DNA of 64,000 nucleotides from the NCBI GenBank assembly GCA_000182565.2, contig KQ257462.1. One strand, 5' to 3'. A model generated the notes under the pieces. It had not been told where the DNA came from. It worked only from the letters and a program-made list of their open reading frames with translations, and searched no databases. The DNA comes from Spizellomyces punctatus DAOM BR117 (lineage: Eukaryota). A program made the position numbers and the translations under genes. Below are positions 1-12,108 of this stretch, piece after piece. The number at the start of each line of letters is the position of its first letter. Position 1 is the stretch's first letter.

Positions 1-1918
1 ATGACAGTGAGGACTTGATTGTGGATGTTGAAGGCGAGGACAGTGATGCGAGTACGAGGAAGAAAAAGAAGGTAAAGGGCAAGGCCAAGACGGTTAAAAA
101 GGCAAAAGGCAAGGGGACAGGTACTGTTTCTTTGCTGTTCTTCAATTGTTTTGTTTGAGTTTTGTAAATGTTGATTGTTTTGATTGTATGTCGTAGGTGA
201 GGAAGACGAGGAAACCGCTAAAAAACGCAAGCCAACGACAACCAGCAAAAAACCTGTAAAAGCCAAGGTACATTCATCTAATCCCATTATTGCAAATGTG
301 TATATATATGTATATCGTGACCAACGTCCTCGCAACACACTAGTCCAAACTCCCACCTATCGACCCGACAGAACTCCTTGACCTCTCAACCACCTACCCC
401 GATACCTACTGGACCCACCTCCCAACCACAACCTCCATGATCGACACCGTCAACGAAACAACACCCCTGACACTCGTCAAACAAGCCGACATGCGCGACG
501 CAGGGCACATTACGGGTATGGTCCTCTCACCCGACGGCAGCATGCTCGCAACATTCTGCACAATGGGTCTCGCAAAAATATGGGATCTTGAAACCTACCG
601 CGTCATTCAAACCCTCCAAGACACGTCTGAACCCAATATTGATGAATTCTATGTGGGACGGTTCACACCTACCATGACCCGCCTCGTCGTAGGTGGGAAA
701 CTCAAGGACCCCAAGAAATGGAGTGATGAGGATGAGGATAATCATATTTTGCCGTGTCCTCTTAAAGTGTTTGATTTGATTTCTGGGAATGTGGTTGAGA
801 GGCTTGAGGGGCATGAAGAGGAGATTTTGTGTTGTAAAAGTGTCGAGTTTCGGGGGGAGAGGTATTATGTTACTACCAGTCAGGATGGGTATATTATTAA
901 ATGGAAAGTAGACCAAGATTGGAGGTACGTTTTGCTTTTATTGGTTGTTGGATGATGCCGTTTTGTCTCATGGTGCTTTTCTTTTTTTTCTAGTCGGTTA
1001 CAAGAGTATAAACGCATGGAAGATGGCAAGACGTGCATGGCGTTCAACGTCTCGTTTCTACCCAACACTGGAAACAAGTACTTTGTCGCAGCATGCGATG
1101 GCGGGATATGTCTCTTTGATTTTGAAAACGCAGTGGTAAGCCGGGAACCCACAATGTCAAAAAGCAAGATCAAACTGACTCGCATTTAGAAACTCCAAAC
1201 ATTTGAAAATCTTTATACGTGCTATTGCGATTGTACCAAAGTCGTGGAATGCCTAGAGTACCCTGAACCCCCTCGGACATGGCAAACGGTCTTGGAAGAT
1301 GGGGAGCCGATGTTTACTTATCTCTTAAGTCGGGGTGTTGAAGAAGTGGATACTGTGGATGGAGGGGATGTGCCGATTAGTATGTTTGCAAAGATGTTTA
1401 AATCGTCCTTTATGGAATGCTAATATGTTTTTGGTAGATACGGAGCCGAACACGGTGCGATTGCATAAACTTGTTTATCCCACGCGACGGGGCGGAGTGT
1501 TTTCGTTGGAGGAGGTCAAGAGGTTTCAGCATGAAGAGTATGTCAGGATTGCATTTTTCTTTGTGGATACATGTGTATCTGTGTATTGATGATTTGGGAT
1601 TTTCAAAGGTACCGCTCCAACTCTTGGTTAACAAAAATCTCGTCCAACGGCCGATACGTTCTTGCTCCCACATATGATGGAGCCGTTGTCGTGTTTTCAT
1701 TGGCGAGTGGGCAAGTGACGGCTGTCTTGCGGGATCATGAGGGGGTGGAAGTGAGAGATTGTGTCTGGGGATGGAGGTGGGGACAGGTGTTTACATGTGG
1801 TGATGGTGAGTTTTCTTGATTTTGATTTTTGTAACCTTGGGTTTGCTCAGTTTTTATGTCTTTAGATGGGACGGTCAAGGTGTATGTGCAGGACAGGGAT
1901 ACGATGGACGAGTCATGA
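1..1918 (+). CDS. WD40-repeat protein (5'-partial, multi-exon), Lys-rich N-terminus
   Basis: WD motifs (LSPDGSMLAT..KIWDLET; LEGHEEEILC..VTTSQDGYIIKW; LRDHEGVEVRDC..FTCGDDGTVKVY). GT-AG introns such as 121-196, 268-343, 925-993 and 1136-1190 join in frame; stop TGA at 1916-1918. Confidence 0.85.
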
Positions 1919-2911
1919 TGGGTGGACGGGATGATTGGGTACGAGGCCAAGTGTCAACGCCAAACTAGGGGCGCGTCATTTCATTCGCTATCCAACCCGG
2001 CTTGGTTCTCAAGCACTTATCCAGTGTTCCAAAACAAAACTCTTTAATGCGCACCTTTAATAACATTTTATTGTTGTTGAGCAGCCCATTGCTCGGGTGT
2101 AAATGTTTTTTGTGAAAAGGCGTGGATTTGTGATATTTCGTCCTTTAGTGCTTCGTTGACCATCCTGATCCCAACATTATGAATAAACTCACAAAAACAA
2201 ACCGTTCGTAGTAAGATTGCGGATATTTACCTGTGTCGACTCAAGAGAGGTTTCCCGGCAAAGAGTTTAGAAACGATCACGACTTCAAAACTTTGGCCGC
2301 ATCCGTTCGAGGTATCTGTCACTTCCTAACATGTTTTGTGTGTTGAATATTTATGGTGCAGATGAGAGGTTCATTTTTGTGGGGGTGGAACGTACCACAT
2401 GCTCTGCTTCGAGTTTGGATTTTATTTGAGCTTCGAGGTGGGATTGGGCTACTGGCATGTTTGCAAATGTTGGAAATGCCAAAACGTTGAGTTGCTTATG
2501 CGACCTTACTATGTTGCCAGGCAAAGGAAATTATCGGCAAGTCACGTGTATATTCTTTGTTGCTGGGCGTTTTGCAAGTCGGATTTTGCGGGACTAGTTC
2601 TGCGTTTTAGAAAGCGGTTGTGCTAGTCGGTGGAAGACGCGCAGAAAGCCCACCCGTAACGCACTCATCCTTTTTACGACGGACGGACCTCGTTTTTGCA
2701 CGTCCTTGCTTGTTTTCGTTGCATTTGTGGGTACTGTGAGTTGTTTCGTTTTGGTTTGCGGTCCTCCCTTCCTACCCGCGTTTTTCGATACGTTTATCAT
2801 TCGATAGAGATACCTTGTTTATAGGTATGTTTTGGTAGCATCTGCATTGAAGAAACGGGTTGTACAAAAGACAGTTGATTAACCTTTACGTTGTTTTGTA
2901 GTGGAGCCACG

Positions 2912-4153
2912 ATGCTTTCCAAGGTAGCATACACGACCACCGCCCGCGCTTTCCGCGCATCATCCACCTTCCGCCCCGTCCGTTTTGCATCGACACAAGC
3001 GGGTCCGTTTGGCGCTAACCGCAAGGCCGCCATGATGTGGTTCACCAAAGCGGCTGCCGCGTCGGCCATTGTCGGGTACGGAATCTCCAACTATGTTTTA
3101 ACCGATGACCGCATGGCACCTGTCTACAAGGCTGTTTCGGAGGCTTCCACCGAGTTGAAAAAGAAGGCAAAGGAGTTTGGGATTGAGTTGGAGATTCCCT
3201 TTACGGTTGCGCATGCATTTTCGACTGCCGACCATGGGTTGCATCCACCTCATTACCCGTGGGACCATTACAGCCCATGGAAGAGTTATGACCATGCTTC
3301 GTGAGTAGAGTGTGTGATTTTTTTTTTTTGTGTGCTGTTTATTGATGGATTGGGTAGCATTCGCCGTGGTTTCCAGGTGTACAAGGAGGTTTGCTCTGCT
3401 TGCCACTCTATGGATTACATCTACTACCGTAACTTGGTGGGTGTAAGTCACACGGAGGCTGAGGCCAAGGCGCTTGCTGCCGAGTACGAGTACGAGGATG
3501 GTCCCGATGACTCTGGTCAGATGTTTATGCGTCCTGGAAAGGTATGTGTGTGTGTGGTGTGTTTGTGTTTTGTTTGAAAACTGGGGTTTTGACATTTGCA
3601 AACTATCTGGTAGCTTACGGACGCGATGCCCAAACCATATCCTAATGAGGAGGCTGCGCGTGCTGCCAACGGAGGAGCCTACCCCCCGGACTTGAGTTGC
3701 ATTGTTCGTGCAAGGCACGGTGAAGAAGATTACATTTTCGCCCTTCTTCTCGGGTACTGCGATCCCCCGGCCGGTGTCAACATTCGTGAGGGTCTTCACT
3801 ACAACCCCTACTTTCCTGGAGGAGCGATTGCCATGGCCCGGTCCATTTTCGATGAAGTGGTAGATTACGAGGATGGCACGCCCAACAATGCCTCCCAGCT
3901 TGCCAAGGACGTGACGACGTTCCTTTCTTGGGCTTCCTACCCTGAGCACGATGAGCGCAAAAAGATGGGATTGAAGACGTTGGCGATTAGTGCAATGTTG
4001 CTTGGATTGTCTGTGTGGTGGAAGAGGTTCAAGTGGAGCTATGTCAAATCCAAGAAGATTGTGTACAGGCCCGGAAAGGTAAGAAGTGTTTGTCTGGAAA
4101 CTCCCGCATATTGATGTTAATGTTGCCTTGTCTTGTAGTTTGACGAAGTTTAA
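2912..4153 (+). CDS. CYT1: Cytochrome c1, mitochondrial (complex III heme protein)
   Basis: Mitochondrial presequence, [29 protein letters not shown] (CxxCH heme motif), [32 protein letters not shown] and a C-terminal TM helix. Exons 2912-3300, 3358-3541, 3614-4078, 4139-4153. Confidence 0.97.
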
Positions 4154-4278
4154 TTTTTCTTTTTTTTGCAAAATGTCATCATAAAAATATCCATTTTCAA
4201 AATAAATGTGAGGGATAGGCGGTAGCCCCCGCATTTTTTGCAGATGGGTTGGGAACTTGGCTTTTTTTTTAATTTCAT

Positions 4279-4326
4279 ATGTGTGTGTGTGTGTTGTGTG
4301 TAGACATGTATGATGCTTGTGTGTGT
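4279..4326. repeat. Imperfect (TG)n microsatellite in the CYT1 3' region
   Basis: tgtgtgtgtgtgtgttgtgtg...tgtgtgtgt seen directly. Confidence 0.6.
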
Positions 4327-5062
4327 TGGGGGGGTGAATGGGGGCACTCGGTTTCTTTTCATTCTTGTGTGTGCAAAAAACAGTGTGCCCTTTCTAAGAA
4401 TCCTGGTGCCAAATCCCTCATATATAGATAATTTGTTTGGAAAGATGCAGCAGCGCATGGCCAAGTGTTGTGCTTAATGAATGAACAGTGTGCATTGTTT
4501 TGAAAAGGAAATCATTGCTGCGGGCTATGCGTTGGTTTTGATGATTTGTGGTAAATGCGAGTGTTATGTGCGAGGTGATTTTGTAGTACGTCCATGGCAA
4601 AAATCACTTGTGTGATATCGCTCTGTGCGCAGTGATTCTGTAGTTGGAAGGAAATGGTTTCTTGATGATGCCTTTCTGCATTGCTGCATTGCATTGCTTT
4701 GCGAGTTGCTTGTGTGTGTTATGGTTTCTTGTTGTAATATCTCTTGTATGTATGTGCATTGCCAAGAGTATTGCATATTGCCTATCGCTCTTCCTGTCAT
4801 CGGAACTTTCAACTCGCTAAAAATTAAAGTCTGCGCGTTGGAACACTTGATTGTGTGTATTTAAAAAAAATAAGAGTTTCTTTTGCACAAAAACGGCTGC
4901 GGAAGGAAAAAGAGATAGCGCCCATGGCAAAAAACGGGATATTGCAAACGACCTCTAGGTTTGTGTTATTTTGCTTATTATTTGGGTTTTTACCATCTTT
5001 TTAACTGTTGTTTTCAAAAGCAGCTCATTAGCGGTCTTTCCTACCTTGAGCAACTCCCAACC

Positions 5063-6932
5063 ATGGCCGCCACTGCATTAGGTCGCCCCGCATTCCCAAC
5101 TCCCACTTTTACATCCCTCAGACCTAAACCGCCACTCACCGTCCGACATGACCCCCCTGGCTCCTTTTCCCAACACATTTCTGTTGACATTCGGCCACAT
5201 GCCTCTGGCGCGTTCATTACGGGTGTACCAGGTCTGAATGCATGGACCGTGTCTGGCACCGTTCGCATCAAAAACACTTCTGCCACCAAACACAAGCGGG
5301 TCTTGTCGGTTCGACTCGCTTTTCGCGGGTGTGTAGAGACGGTCGTTTTAGATGACAAGGGGGATTTATACCTTGATGTCAAGGAACTCTTGTCCAAAGA
5401 ACAAATCTTAAATAACCCTGAAGATAATGCAGTCTTGCACGAAACGGAATCGAGGTCGAGTGGATCGAGTTCAACTGGGGATGCAAATACAAAGGGCATC
5501 ACCATTCCACCTTCCGCATCCGTCACAATGTCATTCCAATTCGAGTTTTCAGAGCCGGAAGGAGGATTCCATTTACCCGACTCGAGTATCATTGGAGAAC
5601 AACGGTCAAGCCGCGCTACGATCCATTACTTTCTTGAAGCTGCCGTGGTCGCCCAAGGTCGACTCTTGGGTTCCCAGAAACGCTGTTTTCGCATCCCAGT
5701 CCCATTAGCATGGTGTCCCACCGCTATTGCATCCTACCTCCGTCGCTCCAATTCACCCATCCTATCCCCCACACCCAAATCATGGAACCAGTCCGTCCAA
5801 GATCCCCGTCCAGGCCGCTTCCCATCCTCCATGCTGGACACCTCGATCCAAGTATCGACAACAACCTTGGAACCAGGTCAACCCTTTTCTGTCCATGTTT
5901 TGACGAGTATCGTTCCAACAGCCGGTATCCGCATCTCAAAAATCCATGTCAACCTCCACGGAACAGCTCACCTCAAATCCACTCGAACGAAATCCCAAAA
6001 CAAATTATCCCTTCCTGCTCTTCAGTGGATACGTATACCGTCAACTGACTTGACCGTCATTCCCTGTCGTATACCCGCTCCGACTCTGACGCATCCAAAT
6101 TTGATTCCACCGAGTGTGGATGTACCCGATATGCTCACTCTCTCCTACACCCTCATTATTCGCATCCAACTCGCCAAAACATCTACAGATAGATTCCGGC
6201 TGGAGGATATTGTTGTTGAATTTCCGGTTACGATCCTTGGATGTGGTCCACGGGCTGCGCGACCTGCTGTTTCCTCCAAATGGACTGATATGCCTTTTGA
6301 GAGTGTTCCTGATGATGTCGGCCATGGTTCGGGTCCTGTTCCGTGGGTTCAGCATCCCATCATCCAGCATCCCACTTTACGTGATCCAGCATTGCAACAG
6401 CAGAATGACAAGGCCACCAAATGGACTGACGTGCCTTTTGGTTCTGCTGCTGATGATGTCGGCCACATTTCCGGTCCTGTTCCGTGGGTCCAGCATCCCA
6501 TTCGATATCCCACCTCACACGCTCCAGCATTGCAACAGCAGACAGACAAGGCCACCAAATGGACCGACATGCCCTTTAGTTCTGCTGCTCATGATGCCGG
6601 CCATATTTCGGGTCCTGTTCCGTGGGTCCAGCATCCCATTCAATATCCCACGTTACGCCATCCTACCCAGCAAGACCGAACGAACAGGGATGTATATGAA
6701 GCTACAGCGAGGTTTTACCCGAAATTGAATGATGAAGTCGAGTTGTGGCCTGGGGATCGTGTTCTTGTCAAGTATGTTTTTCCTTGTATGTTTTTTTTCA
6801 TTTTATAAAAGTGTCGACTTAGACATTTTATTTTATAGTGAAATTATGGAGGATGGATGGGCACAGGGATTCAATCTCCGCTCAGAACAATCCGGCGTGT
6901 TCCCTATGGGCGCCGTGAAACGCATGGAATAA
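5063..6932 (+). CDS. Arrestin-like (N- and C-sandwich) protein with internal 46-47 aa repeats and a C-terminal SH3 domain
   Basis: Arrestin-like strands (VSGTVRI..SVRLAFRG; FQFEF..LPDS..ATIHYFLEA; IPPSV..LSYTLIIRI..VEFPVTI). SH3 motif ATARFYPKLNDEVELWPGDRV..EDGWAQGFNLRSEQSGVFP is split by intron 6772-6838. Confidence 0.75.
6278..6670 (+). repeat. Coding tandem repeat, about 2.8 copies of a 138-141 bp unit (KWTDxPF..DDxGHxSGPVPWVQHPI..)
   Basis: Units start at 6278, 6419 and 6557 with near-identical DNA (ggtcctgttccgtgggtycagcatcccat three times). Confidence 0.95.
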
Positions 6933-7393
6933 TTACCAGAGCAAGCAATAGATTTTCTTGATACTAGCACCACACCATGAACTTTATAGAGGGCTAGAGT
7001 AGTGTTTTGTTTTTGTAGATAGATGGTGGGAAAATAGAATAGAATTGGATGATAAATGTTGGTTTTTGTCACTGTTTACCAAGCTCATCACCATTGGGGA
7101 TAGATATTCTAAAAGATCATGGACTCTAATGTTCACGAGGATAAACTAAAGTGGTGAAAGCGAATGAACAAAGGGCGGCCTTAAATGCAATTTGTATTCC
7201 CCTTTTGTTTTTGATATTTTCTCTTTTTTACAAAAGGTTCGGTGGGTGGGCGGGTGAGTAGGTGGGTGGATGGAGCGGACATTCAATTCACGCAAACAAG
7301 AATAATAAAAAAAACAACAAGAATACCCTACACGCAAACAATTTGAGCTCAGATGTCACCCATGCCAATACAAACACACACACACAAAAGGAG

Positions 7394-10300
7394 TTATCGT
7401 GACGCATCTCGCTCATGTTCCCCATGTTCTCCCAGTCTCCCACGTCCCTTATTTCCTTTATCCGGTGCCGAGCGCCGTCGATGGGTATTGTCCAACTGTT
7501 CTTCATCAGTGGCAGGTCGGTCCACTGAGGGTTCCAACAAGGACTCGGGCTCCACGGTGTGTCGCTTGACAGCTCGTGCGCTATTAATTCGATCAGGGCT
7601 TTTGGCGGATCGGACATCCTGCCAGGGTGATTTGGGAGCAGCAGACGCAGAGAGAGAGCGGGGTCGGGTCCAGGCTTTTGGGTCTCTTCCGTGCTTGTCG
7701 CGTGGGTATGCTTCTCGTCCGCGTCGGTTGTCTACTGGTGTCTGTTCGTCTTCTTGTTTAGGTGGGTCTGCCAAACCGTTTAGATTGGGTTTGCGGCTTG
7801 TTGTGGTTGTTGTAAGGGTATCCATGCGTTGGGAATGATTCGCCCACAAGAGTATGCCTTTGCTACCCCGGCGTTTTGGATGATGCGTCGTGTCTCCTGG
7901 TGGAAGGTGTCCTTCCCGTCGCGAGACGTCAGGGTAGGATCGGTTCATGTGATGTTCATCCGAATGTTGCCGCGAGTGAGGCTTGTAAGGTCGGTGCCAG
8001 TCGCGGTCCATTTCAGGAGGGGCGTCGTGCTTGGTAGGTGATCTGCGGCGGCGGTCTCGCTCAGGTTCGTGATCGTGGTGTGATACGTGCTTTTTAGGAG
8101 ATATTCGGCCTTCTGACTTTGTTTTACGTTCGGGAACGGAGGGCGACGTATGGCCATTGTGCTTGGTCTGGACCGAGAGGGTCTCTGGATGGGATGCTGC
8201 TTTGCGTCCATTCGGACTCTTGTCTCGGCGGTCATGGACAGGAGACCGACGACCGTTGTGGTGGTTGTGAGGCTGAAGATGTGATGATTTAGGCTGCGGC
8301 TGGGATTCGGCCGCGGAGGTGACGCGTTGCTCTGGTGGCGATCGTAAAGTTTTGGACGGTTCTGGCGGCAAGGGTTCGGGAGCATGATGGGTAAGCGGAC
8401 CTGGCAACGATACGTCGGGGGCTGTATCGGCACGTTCACAAGATAATGTTCGTGACCGCCCATCACTTCCAATCTCGCTAATAATAACCTCCTTCACATC
8501 ATCGCCGTCTGATTGCTTCTCAATATATACCTGAATAGGTGATCGCGGAGAGCTATGCCCGACATCCCCAGTTTTCTCCATTTTTTCTGCTTTCTCGGGA
8601 TCCTTTTTGCCACCAACATCTGTAGCTTTTTTGTAAAGAGAGCCGGCAGGTGCACTTGCGCCGTTACGATCGCGCGGTTGGGACGGAGTGGCCCAGACAT
8701 TAGTCACCCCTCTTCGCTTGATCTCGGCCGCCCTCCGCTCGCTTGCGTACGAATAGTAATTGGGACGTACTCGGTGGTTCTCGAGATGTCGGCTCTCCAG
8801 TTGCAGTGAAGACAAGCGGTGTATATCTTCCGGAGTAATATGTGGGGCTCCGCCACGCATGAGGTTGAGGCCAGCTAACAAGCGCCGGTCACCATTGTCC
8901 AAACTAGCGCATCCGTTCGAGCGTGGATCTGGACCGGAAGCCGCGCTGGCTGAAGTGTGTGCATATGGTGGGTGGTTTGTGTAAAAAAAGTTTCCTGGCT
9001 GACCGTTTGTTTTGTACCCATAATGACCGCCCCGTGTGTCGTAAGAAAGTTGTGATTGATATGCATCATATTTCCGCCATCCGTATAGTTCATGATGCAT
9101 GGCATTTCGGCCAATGTCGTTCAAATACGTTCTGTGGCCATTCATAAGTAATGGACCAAGGTTGCTGATGGGTATTCGGCGATGTAGTGGGATATAGGGT
9201 TCGCATGCAGCCTCAAGTCCTTCTCCCTTTTCGAGGATCGAGAGTGCACGATCGAATTCTTTTCTCAGACCAGCGACAGACACAGCATCCGCGGAATTTG
9301 CAAGGTTTCTCTGAGGATTGAATGGCTCCTCAACACAGAGAAACCGACAAGTACGTTCAACATCCAAATTCCACCCTTTTTCTTCCTTCGTAAGATACCG
9401 GCCATGTCTCACGGAAATAACATGCGCTTCATAATTGAACTCTACGGCGTATCTCCGAAAGAAGCCGAAAAGAAGGGATGCTAACGTTTCATTGTTTTTC
9501 TGCCCGAATCCTCGCACAGACTCGAGGTTCTCGAAAAATGAACAGTCCACGCCATCCACAATCACTGGTTTGACCTTGTGAGGATCGGCCTTTAGCTGTT
9601 CGAAATACATTGTGTGCAAACATGGTAATATTGGAGGCTGGCGCATTTGTAGGAAATTGAGAACCTTTGATTCCCACAAGGTGTCAGCCGCTGCGAAAAA
9701 AACTCGTCCAATAACAATTCCGCTATCTCACCATCATCGTCCAACAATAGGTGCTTAGTGTTCCTCCTTTTGCAGCTATTATGCAAAGATTAATTAGAGC
9801 TCGATGCATAGCGATAACGGTTGAGGACGCTTACCATCATTTAGCGCCCTTTGTCGGGTCCAATGCTTTATTACAAGCATCAATGGCTTCACTCGAGGAT
9901 CAATGTCCACGTATGTCTTGATCAAACGGGTATTTCGCAATGCAATGGTGTTATTTACATTGATGTCGCAATTTACATGGCTGAAAATACGGACAAGAAG
10001 ACGATCAATCGTGCGCAGAAGGAATCGTGCGACCTTGCAGTTGTTTGCAAATACATACTATTCGGGATCGTAGAACTTGCATATTGGAACTTTTGCTTTT
10101 GCCACCGTGTTCACTCCTTCCATCCCATCTACAAGAAATGTAAGTCTCAGCAGCGTCCAAATATTGAAGATTGCCTGTACACCTACGCTTTTGTAACGCA
10201 GCCGCTAAAACATGCATATTTGCAACCCCATTTATTCTATCATCCCAAGGTGTAGTGAGACAAATGTCCACATCACTACTAAGTGTTCCCAACCCATTTG

Positions 10301-10930
10301 TTGAAGATCTGAATGGATGCTTTAGCGTCATATACCAGCAGTACGGGACGGGATCTCAAATCCACCTACCCAAACAGATGTACAGTGATATTCTTATCCG
10401 GCCATTCTATGTCAAGGATACTCTGGAGTTTTGCGACAAAACGTGCACGCAGTTGTTCGCTCTCTGGTGACGGTAACAATCTCTGTTCCAAAATAATACC
10501 TACATCAGTTGTGGACTCGAGTTACTCCAATTCCAAATGTCATACCTGACACAAGTCATTCATCTCAAACGTTAAAAGCTCCTCTATATCATCTTTCAAT
10601 CGGCAGCTAATATCCTCTGCAGATCGCATTCGTATGCTAGTGGGACTAATGGCTAGCTGTCCACCAAACACAAACTGAACAAGAATGATTAAAGATCAGC
10701 AACGAGATATCAGCCAAGCCATTTTCCGAAGTCAAAGCACAAGCAATGGGCAACTCCACCACATGAGGTTGCAGATAATTGCTTCTCCGAATATTTACCT
10801 CCGCCTCTTCCAAGATCTCGGAGAATCGCTCTCCGCCGGAAGGCTTCACCGGGAGACTGACATCTGGTGGCGGTGGCATATCTTCCTCGGCCGTAGTAGG
10901 GGACAACTTCACTGGATATTGCATGGGCAT
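7394..10930 (-). CDS. Non-canonical RNA 3' nucleotidyltransferase, Cid13/Cid11/CutA-like, with a long disordered C-terminus
   Basis: Spliced HLFGSSTNGLGTLSSDVDICL (GS..DxD motif), CDINVNN (third Asp), PAP-associated motif CVEEPFNPQRNLAN. Multi-exon; the start codon is uncertain (ATG at 10930 or further upstream). Confidence 0.85.
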
Positions 10931-12108
10931 ACCAGTTGAGATCTGTACAAGAGGCGGTAGTTGAAAATGTTTCGGTGGGATTTTGGTGACGACCCGTACA
11001 GTGCAAACGGGGTGCCAGCTTCGGAAGGGGGGTACGGGTTGGGGAGCGGAGCTGCGGCTAACAGGGTATAAAGGGGGCAGAGGTGTGCAGAGCATACTTA
11101 GAATCCCGACAGCAGTCAAACAAACTTGCTTAATGGAAGATAAGAAAACGTACGCGAACTGCTGCACTGAGGTGAAAGTAAATTCTCACTCAATGCGCCT
11201 TTGCTTTCTGTATGAATGCTTGGCTTGCTTGGCTCTACTTTAGAGTCTGTTCGACTCGAAACTGGATACAGCTAGGTTGTCTTCCGGGCCAGATATCTGA
11301 CAAATAGCTGTCAATGTGGAAGCTCGATTCACGTCCCACTGGTAGAGAAGCCGGAAAGCTGGTAGCCCAAGTCTCAACAGAACAAGCTCTGCGCTGTGGT
11401 GGCCGTTGCAAACTCCTTTAAAGGACAGAAGGGATGGAGATGCAGTGCGGAGGGAAGGAAGCTTGTCGGTGCCACCAGCAACAGGAAGGGCGGAGGAGCA
11501 GCAAGCGAGACAAGTTTCTCCAGCAGAAATGGGAACTGACACGCGATGTTACAGGTGGTAAAACAGCCTGTAGATTTCAACGATATTTGGTTGAGTTTTG
11601 CAGCTGGCTGCTTTAAGTCTAGTTTTTCTTCCAAGAAACCATTTCAACGGCTGCTGCCATTTATTTTATTTTTGTATTATGGACTGCAAGCAGTTTGCAG
11701 GATCTCTACTTTTTTTTTTAAAAATCGCTGCGGAAACCCAGCCCACAGTAACCCATTGCGTGGCTTTCCCGTGGTACTCGTGCGCTGACGAATCGGTCGG
11801 GGCCATGGCATAAGCAGAACATCCATTGGCAAAGGATCGTCCACCACCCACAGCGCTGAGAGGATATCTTACCTTTGATGAATAGTAATCTAGCTGCTAA
11901 CAGCGTAACATGCTATGTACACAAGAAACTCAAGTTTCTATTCAACGGCGGGTCCGGGACTCACAGCAATCTGTCACAATTCTAGTAAATATTGAATCAT
12001 TGGGGTATTCATGCCTATTAGAGAAAATGATCACTATGATACAAAGAGAGAGAATCCCTAGTAAAACTGCATCAAATTGTGCTGTTCCATCAACAATATC
12101 AACGTCCG

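Noticed and set aside
3098-4234. 378-aa minus-strand ORF
   Set aside because: Antisense shadow of the codon-biased CYT1 gene; it runs through the introns and has no motifs.
6278-6670. Repeat array as a possible CRISPR or transposon
   Set aside because: The units are in-frame coding tandem repeats without unique spacers, and the genome is eukaryotic.
11240-11851. Short ORFs upstream of the nucleotidyltransferase gene
   Set aside because: No motifs or convincing splice model; probably leader or promoter sequence.
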